DNA of 20,000 nt. Origin: Trichinella spiralis. Taxonomy: Eukaryota. The stretch is taken from contig NW_003526944.1 in NCBI RefSeq assembly GCF_000181795.1, positions 947,280 through 967,279 on the forward strand, written 5' to 3'. Both the position numbers and the translations under genes were made by a program. This document shows, piece after piece, positions 1 through 9,200 of the stretch. Each line of letters starts with the position of its first letter. The first letter of the stretch is position 1. The notes beneath the pieces are model-generated. The model saw only the letters and a list, made by a program, of their open reading frames with translations. It was not told the DNA's origin and ran no database searches.

Positions 1-271
1 GTTTGTCCTCGCCTGGAACCGCGCTGGCGTTGTCGGCAGCGTCGTTAACTGAGCCGCATCGTTTACGACTGTTGTCGCGTCGCTAGACGTGCCTGCCGCC
101 CTCTCTGCCACGCCCAGCTTCGCCATGTCTGCGTATGTGAGACGCTTCCGATCGGCAACTTTCACGCTGTTTTCAGTCGCCGTCTCTTCGTCATTGTTGC
201 TGTTGTGAACTTTCTTAGCTTTCGACGTCTTGGCATTATCACTTGTACTGCCGCCGCTGTTGATCGTCCAC
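1..271 (-). CDS. Exon of an unidentified gene running off the left edge (WTINSGGSTSDNAKTSKAKKVHNSNNDEETATENSVKVADRKRLTYADMAKLGVAERAAG...)
   Basis: GC-rich block, unlike its flank. On the minus strand a splice acceptor (tttacAG|G, AG at 273-272) is followed by 90 open codons to the window edge; the other two minus frames close. A possible upstream exon ends at a CAG|GTGAGA donor at 459/458. Confidence 0.55.
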
Positions 272-2068
272 CTGTAAATGACCAATTTGTACAACTGATT
301 AGTTTTATCAGTGGCTGCTATGTCTCTGACCACGCTGGTACGTTTAGTTGTCGATGAGTACATTCTAAATGTGGCATCGCAGTGTTGATTCAGTAAGTGC
401 ATGTTTTATTCATAATAATTCCTAATAATAATCATATTAAAGAAGTACAAAGTCTCACCTGATGATGAACCGCGTTAGTTTGGTTCGCCGTCTTCTCAGT
501 GTAGTTTTACTGATTATGAATTGTAAGTAATTTATATTTGTTGTCATTGAAGCATATTATGAAGTCCTTGGTGATGCTGCACCGTGATAATGGAAGTTGG
601 TCATATTATTTTTGAAAGCAATGGATTAGAGTCGGTATCCTGCCACTGTCGCAGTTGGAATTAGCATCTGCGTTATCACAAACGGTATGTGCTATATTTA
701 TTGTTCATCACAACAGATTATGTTAACACAATTAATTTTGGTTTCTGAATATATCTTGCCACAGTGATAGAATGATTTGTTGTGAATGCGTTCCAAGGGT
801 GGTATGAAAAACCTGTATTGAGTTCTTGCTAGCAATGGATTACGTTAAAACTATCGAAGACGTGAAATTTGTACTGATGGCTCCCATGTTGGTTGAATTG
901 GCTATGAAGGCGTTCCACACAGCTCACAATGCTGATGTATGTTGAAAACGAAAAGTATTTTTTGAGACAACATTAAATGCCAACCATCGAATTAAGTAAG
1001 TTGTAAATTTCTATACTATATGAGGCAATGAGATGCACTGTTATTTGTCTTGAATTACTTATAATTTGGCTGTTTCATATATTATTTCATTATTGTGCTG
1101 AGATGCTTTGCAGTGCCATGCTTTTTCATTCAAGAACTCAATCAGCAATGGATACAATCCGCACTGTTGATCGTTCACCTGGAAATGACCAATTTGTACA
1201 ACTGATTAGTTTTATCAGTGGCTGCTATGTCTCTGACCACGCTGGTACGTTTAGTTGTCGATGAATACATTCCAAATGTGGCATCGCAGTGTTGATTCAG
1301 TAAGTGCATGTTTTATTCATAATAATTCCTAATAATAATCATATTAAAGAAGTACAAAGTCTCACCTGATGATGAACCGCGTTAGTTTGGTTCGCCGTCT
1401 TCTCAGTGTAGTTTTACTGATTATGAATTGTAAGTAATTTATATTTGTTGTCATTGAAGCATATTATGAAGTCCTTGGTGATGCTACTCCGTGATAATGG
1501 AAGTTGGTCATATTATTTTTGAAAGCAATGGATTAGAGTCGGTATCCTGCCATTGTCGCAGTTCGAATTAGCATCATTGCGTTCTCACAAACGGTATGTG
1601 CTATACTTATTGTTCATCACAACAGATTATGTTAACACAATTAATTTTGGTTTCTGAATATATCTTGTCACAGTGATAGAATGATTTGTTGTGAATGCGT
1701 TCCAAGGGTGGTATGAAAAAAAACCTGTATGTATTGAGTTCTTGCTAGCAATGGATTACGTTAAAACTATCGAAGACGTGTGAAATTTGTACTGATGGCT
1801 CCCATGTTGGTTGAAGTGGCTATGAAGGCGTTCCACGCAGCTCACAATGCTGATGTACGTTGAAAACGAAAAGTATTTTTTGAGACATTAAATGCCAACC
1901 ATCGAATTAAGTAAGTTGCAAATTTCTATACTATATGAGGCAATGAGATGCACTGTTATTTGTCTTCAATTACTTTTTATAATATGGCTGTTTCACATAA
2001 ATTATTTTATGGATAATGTTGTGCTAAGATTCTTTTCAGAGTTATGCTTATTTATTCAAGAACTCAAT
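257..2068. repeat. Tandem duplication, 2 copies, period ~907 bp (257-~1142 and 1164-~2068)
   Basis: Direct alignment, e.g. ATGATGAACCGCGTTAG at 462 and 1369. Near-identical for ~800 bp with small indels, clearly more diverged over the last ~100 bp. Confidence 0.97.
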
Positions 2069-2071
2069 TCC

Positions 2072-2148
2072 ATTGCAATTGTTTCCCTTGAACGAGGAAT
2101 TCCCAGTAAGCGTGAGTCATTAGCTCGCGTTGATTACCGCCCTGCCTA

Positions 2149-2184
<36 letters not shown>

Positions 2185-2287
2185 ATTGGATGGTGTTTTG
2201 ACTGGCGCCAGTAGTCGGATATGTATTCGGCTTCTCGCCGGGACATTTCCCAAACCAAATCATTTAGAGGAAGTAAAAGTCGTAACA
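2072..2287 (+). pseudogene. Degenerate 18S rRNA 3'-end fragment (helix 44 region), rDNA pseudogene
   Basis: Hallmark SSU motifs GAACGAGGAATTCCCAGTAAG, TGTACACACCGCCCGTCGCTACTACCGATTGGATG and TAGAGGAAGTAAAAGTCGTAACA in the correct order. Truncated before AGGTTTCCGTAGGTGAACC, no upstream 18S or downstream ITS/5.8S, and mutations in near-universal positions. Confidence 0.95.
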
Positions 2288-2820
2288 TTCTTGTAAGTTA
2301 TTGTCATTCTTGTTCGTAAGTCTTGGCTCGTCATTTTTGATTGATATTGGGCTTTCATTTTTTGTATAATTTAATTTTTTCCAGTTTTATTTGAACTTTT
2401 TCAGCATTTATTGGCATGGCTGAATCATAAGTTTGCATTTCAGGTGTTGTGGATCGCCGTCAGCTGTTCCAATCGTTCTGTAGGGAAGTTCAATCCTTTC
2501 TAGTTCAAAGGTTCGATGGATGGATGGATGGAGTTTCTTTGCATCTAAGAGGACCAGGTAAGTAGTGTTGTCGAACTGTTTTAGTCTGCACACTTTCTGT
2601 TTGGTTTTGAACCTTGAGTGAGGCTCACTCCGTTGGTTTCAGGTAAGTTCTTTGCATGGATGGAGTTCTCATTCTGGTTGCATAATATGAACTCCATCTA
2701 AACACCCAGATAATTTTCATCAAAACAAACCCTGGCATTAAACGTGAACAATGGAATGTAATATGCAAGATTTGGCATTGACTAAGGCTGACGAGGCAAC
2801 GCATTTTACTAAGGGATGGG

Positions 2821-3283
2821 TATTGCTGGAGAAAATATGCAAATTTTTTAAGCCCCTAAGGGTAATATGCAAATTTTTATTTGCCCAGGGGCGTAGCCTG
2901 AGGCCAAAGCCTCGGGCTATATTTTAAAAATTTCGAAATTTTCGAAAAATTGCCTGAGGCATAGCCCGAGGCGTAGCCTCAGGGCATAAAAAATTTGCAT
3001 ATTACCCCCAGGGGATTAAAAATTTGCATAAATCTTTCCTGAGGGCAAATATGGTGCAATAAAACGCCTGAGGCATAGCCTGAGGGAATATGCAAATTTT
3101 TATTTGCCCTGGGGCGTAGCCTGAGGGCAAAGCCTGGGGCTATTTTTAAAAAATTTCGAAATTTTCGAAAAATTGCCTGAGGCATAGCCTGAGGCGTAGC
3201 CTTAGGGCATATAAAAATTTGCATATTACCCCCAGGGGATTAAAAATTTGCATAAATCTGAAGATGAGGGCAAATATGCAATA
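2821..3283. mobile_element. Palindromic (foldback/MITE-like) repeat array, 2 units of 223 bp
   Basis: AATATGCAAATTTTTATTTGCCC recurs at 2864 and 3087. Each unit is an imperfect inverted repeat (…GGGTAATATGCAAATTTTTATTTGCCC / GGGCATAAAAAATTTGCATATTACCC…). The array is bounded by TATTGC…GCAATA. No coding capacity. The repeat is certain; the MITE origin is inferred. Confidence 0.7.
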
Positions 3284-3426
3284 GCTTTATTCAGGATCAA
3301 AATAATTACCATGGAAATAAGTTAAACGCATCCAAGAAATCTACATTCCCTCCGCCTATTTCTACGCCCGGACGTGTGTTCCCTTCGATCTTCGTCCCTG
3401 AAAATGGTTTACCGGTGTCAGCAATC

Positions 3427-3436
3427 NNNNNNNNNN
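3427..3436. other. Assembly gap (10 N) flanked by duplicated sequence
   Basis: N run; 2614-3426 is repeated at 3437-~4427. Confidence 0.99.
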
Positions 3437-3627
3437 TGAGTGAGCTCACTCCGTGTTTCAGTAAGTCTTTGCATGATGAGTCTCATCTGTGCATATATGA
3501 ACTCCATCTAACACCCAGATATTTTCATCAAACAAACCCTGGCATTAAACGTGAACAATGGAATGTAATATGCAAGTTTTTGCATTGACTAAGGCTGACG
3601 AGGCAACGCATTTTACTAAGGGATGGG

Positions 3628-4282
3628 TATTGCTAAGGGTAATATGCAAATTTTTATTTGCCCAGGGGCGTAGCCTGAGGCCAAAGCCTCGGGCTATATT
3701 TTAAAAATTTCGAAATTTTCGAAAAATTGCCTGAGGCATAGCCCGAGGCGTAGCCTCAGGGCATAAAAAATTTGCATATTACCCCCAGGGGATTAAAAAT
3801 TTGCATAAATCTTTCCTGAGGGCAAATATGGTGCAATAAAACGCCTGAGGCATAGCCTGAGGGAATATGCAAATTTTTATTTGCCCTGGGGCGTAGCCTG
3901 AGGGCAAAGCCTCGGGCTATATTTTAAAAATTTCAAAATTTTCGAAAAATTGCCTGAGGCATAGCCCGAGGCGTAGCCTCAGGACATAAAAAATTTGCAT
4001 ATTACCCCCAGGGGATTAAAAATTTGCATAAATCTTTCCTGAGGGCAAATATGGTGCAATAAAACGCCTGAGGCATAGCCTGAGGGAATATGCAAATTTT
4101 TATTTGCCCTGGGGCGTAGCCTGAGGGCAAAGCCTCGGGCTATATTTTAAAAATTTCAAAATTTTCGAAAAATTGCCTGAGGCATAGCCTGAGGCGTAGC
4201 CTTAGGGCATATAAAAATTTGCATATTACCCCCAGGGGATTAAAAATTTGCATAAATCTTTCCTGAGGGCAAATATGCAATA
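3628..4282. mobile_element. Palindromic (foldback/MITE-like) repeat array, 3 units of 223 bp
   Basis: Unit starts at 3641, 3864 and 4087, with the same internal inverted repeat and TATTGC…GCAATA boundaries as 2821-3283. Confidence 0.7.
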
Positions 4283-6282
4283 ACTTTATTCAGGATCAAA
4301 ATAATCACCATGGAAATAAGTTAAACGCATCCAAGAAATCTACCTTCCCTCGGCTTATTTCTGCGCCCTGACGTGAAATCCCTGCGATCTTCGTCCCTGA
4401 AAATGGTTTACCGTGGCGTCAGCAATCCACGGACAAGCAACAGCCATCTGCAGCATTTCTGAAGTGCTACTCCATTACTGGTTCAAAGTAATCTCCCTAA
4501 ACATGAAGTTACATAGTAATTACATTACATACACCATTAGATAAACGCATCCCAGAAATCTACCTACCTTTACTCAGCTGCGGCAAATCCCTGCGACGAT
4601 AGACATCTGCATCGCATAGATGTACTTACCTTTTTAGGTGCTAGTAGCTGTCAGACATCTGACAACTACAGCCACTTGGCTATCAAAACGGTTCACCGTT
4701 GTGGGATGGTTGTCGATCCAGGGACGTCTATGTTCATCATCCTAAAACTAAATACAGTTTGTAAAAGTACTTACCTTTACCACTGTCGTTCCCTTGCGCC
4801 GTTTCGACTGAATCGCTTGTAGCTGTCAGACTTACCTGGAAACTATGGCGATCATTTACTTCAGCTGGCCGTTGTGGGATAATGGATGTGGCTGGCTAAT
4901 CGAGGCAAAGTTGCAGCTGCAATTCCGATAGCTTTTCTACTTGCACTCAGCCGGCGGGATCTTCTGGTGCCGGCAATGGCATTAAAAAGTCGCATCTTTG
5001 CCGGTGGTCGTCTACGCTGCCTTCCCATTTCATCTAAATTACCTACTATCTGTCGTGTCCATCGTGCGCAAAGCATCCGTCCATGGCTTAACGTGACCAT
5101 CGTCGTGATCCATTCACTGCCTGCTCGCTGTAGACAGCTGATACGACACTTGGTGCGGTCTTGAACTCAGAAGCCCTCAGCTACAATTCCAAATCCAGGC
5201 GGAATAGTACCGTCGCATTAAAAATGTCCGTGGACTCCAGCGTTTTCCAGTCGTACTACTTCCTCAACTGCATCCTGATCTGCCAGGGTGCACCAACAAA
5301 AGGGTCGGCGCGTACGTTTTAGCTTCCGCTACACTGGCATCTTTCCAATCCGCTACAAGGCGATAAGCGCAAATCCGATTGACTGACCATGAGACAGGTG
5401 GACGACGCCCGACGCATGGAGCGTCCCTTTGCGGTGATGGAATTGATGACCGCCGGGTTCAGCTCGCCAGATTCGATTGAACTGAAGTGGGAACAACCAT
5501 TTAGCGACTACGCATCATTACAAGTGGAACCCTTTTGGACTCTCCGGCAACGTAGCATTGAAAGAAATGTGCGACGTTTCTGCTTCACATTTCTCCTTCT
5601 TCAAAAGGATGAAAGAATGCAGTACTACGATTCCAGCACTGTTTTGCTTACTTGTTAGCCACACGTTATTTGATGGTTGTCATTTGTTATTCTCAAAAAT
5701 ACATTAAAAATAAATACAGGACATCATCTATGTCAATTATGAGCAAAATCAGTACAGGGGCCATTACTTGGCAATCTTTGTGGAAGCACGCCTGAATTGC
5801 TGGGCACGCTTTGATCCCAGTTTCAGCTGTCACACTGGTAGCACCAATAAACTCAACGACCGACGTATGAATAGCATTTTCAACACTAATTCATGTTAAA
5901 TCATGCAGAAACAAAACATTCCCTAAAAAAGACAGACATAAAAAGTAAAAAAGCGAAAATAAAAAACGAAAGAAACAACGGCTGAGTAACAACTTTACGG
6001 CAACTTCAACTACCACGACGCTGCATTGGTAGGCAATTCAACGATATTCCAAAACACGCATTTGTACGGTACATTTCCAAATGAATAAAAAACTGAAAGT
6101 AATATTAATATACTTATCTAAAAATAAAAAGCAGAAATTTATACTTTCTTAGCTTCAGCATCCGATAAGTATCTGCAAGTTATCAGTAGCAACATTAATG
6201 AAGATACCCAATACTTTCCATAAACCATAATCGTGAAGTCATGCTAATGACATGCATACAACAGGCACGCTATCTCACAGGT

Positions 6283-7575
6283 AACTTACCGCTTATTCAT
6301 GGATGATATTGCACAGGGACATTACAGATGACATTGTCCATCACTGCTGACGTGGCAATAAATTGAATAACCAAATGTGAACGCAATCTTAAATAGCAGG
6401 GAACTAAAGTAAATTATGCAAATAAGCAAGTCGCAACGCATCAGGTGGAATAACCTAATTTTCTATCATTTATTGCGTAATGAGCAGTAGAATTACATGA
6501 AATGACGAGTTATTAATTTATTTACACACTTCACATTGCTAGAAATTTCATAAGTATGCAAAGTATTTTACTGAAATTATATAAAAATCCGTTAACGTGA
6601 TGCAATAAAAACTATGAAAAGCCTTGTGTATGTTGCCTTCTAATAAAAGTTAGATGACAGCATTACTTACATGTCGTGTACAGATGAAGAGAAATGACAA
6701 GTCAGGTTATTAAAGATGAAATTTGAAGATATCTGAAAAATCATTGAAATCAACCGTATCATAGAAAATGAAATAACCATCAAGTTTACTCTTTCCAAGT
6801 ACTCTATTACATATGGCTGTACATCTGAGAACCCATCTTTCCAAAATAGAATCCAAATTTCAAACTTATTAAAATTTAACGTATCGAACCATCTTCTTGC
6901 ATGATGTCTTTCTGTTAATACTTGCGTTAGGATTAAGTCGACGTGCTGCAAATGCCAATGCTAAAATAATATTAATATAATCACAAGCAATATTGAAATC
7001 AGTTTACTCTATACTTTCAAATGCTGTTCACTTTCAATTCTCTAGAATCCACAAACAGCTGTCTTCTTCATTTTTAATAATCCTGCTGGTTCATGTTGAT
7101 TAATGTGAATCCGTTCCAAAGTCTGAAAGTCTGCAATTGGAATGATCATTTACTAAAAACAGAAAGTCTTACTTATTTAATAGCAGCACCTAGAAAGAAT
7201 ATTTAAACGTTAAAAATAGGAAAACTAATGTAAAAATGTAGTTACACGTTAGTTTCCATTCACCACATTTGTAATGTCATGCAAATTACATACAAACAAT
7301 TCAGGCAATACAATGTAAAATGTAACTTACCGCTTATACATTATTTATACACGATTATGAAGAGCGGAATTATAGTTGACCACGTGCCGACTGCTGACAT
7401 GGCATTATATTGAAGAATGTACTATTCCTAAATGGTGTGCAGTAATAAGTAAATAATGGAAATGACGAAGGTCATTACGTTTTTATTTACACATCTTATA
7501 TTATGCAAAATTTCATTAGAATGCAAACTGAATTTTCTAAAATAAGAGAAAATCTATTTTCAGAAACATTTATAA
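6283..7575. repeat. Diverged duplicate pair (~6283-6600 and ~7322-7575)
   Basis: Shared anchors in the same order: AACTTACCGCTTAT (a minus-strand G|GTAAGTT donor), ACTGCTGAC(G/A)TGGCA, GAAATGACGA, TATTTACACA, AAATTTCAT, ATGCAAA. Confidence 0.75.
6671..6960 (-). CDS. Two candidate exons of an unidentified gene or pseudogene (6960-6790 and 6732-6671): HWHLQHVDLILTQVLTERHHARRWFDTLNFNKFEIWILFWKDGFSDVQPYVIEYLER|ISSNFIFNNLTCHFSSSVHD
   Basis: Acceptor ttttAG (6962-6961), donor GTAAAC (6789), 57-nt intron, acceptor tttttcAG, donor GTAAGT (6670). Frame is preserved across the join. No family recognised. Confidence 0.4.
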
Positions 7576-7840
7576 AACGGAATATATTAATCATTACCAA
7601 ACGAAATTTCATTCCGTTGTTATGTAAACACTTTTCTAAGCATAACATTTGCATTTCATCACCAATAAAGTTTACTTTACAACACCTTTATGTAAATTTT
7701 TTCAGATCAATACATATAGCAATGCTTTTATGTATTTTACTATTTTAACAAGGAAAGAGAAGTTCTATTTAATGAATTCTCAAGAATACCTCACTAGAAA
7801 ATAATTACAAAAATTATTTTGAAAACATTAATAAATTACA

Positions 7841-8368
7841 ATAATGTATGAAAGCAAACATACACTCAGTTGACAACAGAAAGATTTGCAAAATTTAGCC
7901 TAGCCAACATAGCAGACTCCTCTAAATACAACTGATGATATGGAAAAGTTTCCACACATGAGCGGGATGTCAATTATTCTTGGAACTATTCAGAGGGCAG
8001 TGATGGACACAGCACATTTGGTGGGTCAGGGCGGGGGGTGGGTGGGGAAAGGGAAAAGGCAGGAATGAGAATTTGTGATATGGAGTATGTGAAGGTTGTG
8101 TACGTGTACGAGGTGTAAATAATGTACGAAAGCAAACATACACTCAGTTGACAACAGAAAGATTGCAAACTTCAGCCTAGTCAACATAGAAAACCGCTCT
8201 CAGTACAACTGATGATATGGAGAAGCTTCCACGAATGAGCGTGATGCTAATTATTCTTGGATCTATTCAATGGGCAGTAATGGACACACTACATCTGGTG
8301 GGACAGGCGGGGGCAGGAAGGGAAAAGACAGGAAGAAGAATTTGTGATATGGAGTATGTGAAGGTTGT
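7841..8368. repeat. Tandem duplication, 2 copies, offset 278 bp (7841-8099, 8119-8368)
   Basis: Both copies begin ATAATGTAYGAAAGCAAACATACACTCAGTTGACAACAGAAAGATT and end AGAATTTGTGATATGGAGTATGTGAAGGTTGT. Confidence 0.95.
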
Positions 8369-8604
8369 AAGAAAGTGAACCACTTTCCATCATTCAACTT
8401 TCACGCATAGTAATAATGAGTTGCGCTGAACACATCAGTACTAACGGGCTAACGGGGAGATGAAGCTAATTTTTTCCAGATAGGAAAAAAGAATATGCAG
8501 CGACATTATTAATGATGCAGTAGCATCAGCAGAATTTTTGGGTCTCAATTTCAACGATATCAGAACTATAGAGAGGGCCGTTCTGACCATTAGACTAGAA
8601 AAAG
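7913..8604 (+). CDS. Three related candidate exons (7913-8020, 8190-8297, 8484-8604) of an unknown repeat-module protein
   Basis: Two 108-nt AG…GT-bounded blocks with no internal indels or stops and six synonymous differences. A third block shares TI(Q/E)RAV with third-position changes. Splice sites are weak and no start codon was found. Confidence 0.45.
8023..8053 (+). other. Potential G-quadruplex motif
   Basis: GGGtcaGGGcGGGGGGtGGGtGGGGaaaGGG: six G-tracts of at least 3 with short loops, in an AT-rich context. Confidence 0.6.
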
Positions 8605-8809
8605 GTAAGATTGCTCTCTTGATCACATCTGCTATCCTGTTCAGATTTCTCATTAAAGATTTTAACAAATTCAATGGAGAATAAACGAAATATTTCATCA
8701 ACTAGGTATTTAATAAAACGAGGTTCGTTTTCTGAACATTATTTAAAAAGATGATTTAGTGAACTGAGAACGGATGCAATTAAACTTCTATTATGTTTGC
8801 CAAAACTTA

Positions 8810-9200
8810 CCATGTTTAACGCTGAGCATAGGCGGAGAAGTGTATGAAAAAAAATAAAAGCAACAAAAAACCAGCAAATATTAAAAACATCCTACCTGAA
8901 AGCTGTCATGTTGGTGATGAAGTATGAATCAAATGCAGAAATGATAAAGTTACCAAACGATGCATGCGGTCTGATGACTTTTTCCGCCAACATTTAGAAC
9001 GCATTGGCTGAGGGGAAGCACAGCAAGTCGGCTACTTACGCAGCTCAATAATGAAAACGTCACTGGTCCGCCAATAATTATATAATAACCACTGAAAAAT
9101 AAACACAGCTTTATATAGAAAATTGCTTCCGGATTTGAATGGCACCAAATGCGTCAAGCATAATGCCGTAGGCAGGGTTCATCATCAAATTAACATAAAC
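8810..9200. repeat. Diverged dispersed duplicate, copy 1 (paralogous to ~14527-14930)
   Basis: Collinear anchors TCCTACCTGA, TGGTGATGA, AATAATTATATAA, ACAGCTTTA, GATTTGAATGGCAC, AATGCC, GTTCATC shared with the 14.5-14.9 kb region. Confidence 0.8.

Noticed and set aside
483..499. Antisense match to vertebrate 18S helix 44 (CTGAGAAGACGG)
   Set aside because: Only a 12-nt exact match, recalled from memory. The local 18S fragment differs at that site, so chance is sufficient.
550..940. Plus-strand multi-exon gene inside the 907-bp repeat
   Set aside because: Donor and acceptor-like motifs exist, but some implied introns are ~30 nt and copy-specific indels break frames; no coherent spliced ORF.
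2072..2287. Functional rDNA unit
   Set aside because: Only ~215 nt, truncated at both ends, mutated at near-invariant sites, with no ITS/5.8S/28S.
1028..3588. ORF-track entries at 1028, 1892, 2064, 2408, 2979, 3376
   Set aside because: They run through repeats, rRNA-derived sequence or the N-gap and have no recognisable protein features.
2821..4282. CRISPR array or telomere-derived repeat
   Set aside because: Units are wholly repeated with no unique spacers, there are no cas genes and the context is eukaryotic. TGAGGC resembles TTAGGC but is not in tandem hexamer register.
4829..4990. U1 snRNA (ACTTACCTGG…GATCA)
   Set aside because: No stem I pairing, no ATTGCAC loop and no Sm site; better read as a minus-strand splice donor.
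7930..8220. C/D snoRNAs from CTGATGA in the 278-bp repeat
   Set aside because: No downstream box D or terminal stem; the motif is explained as ACT GAT GAT codons.
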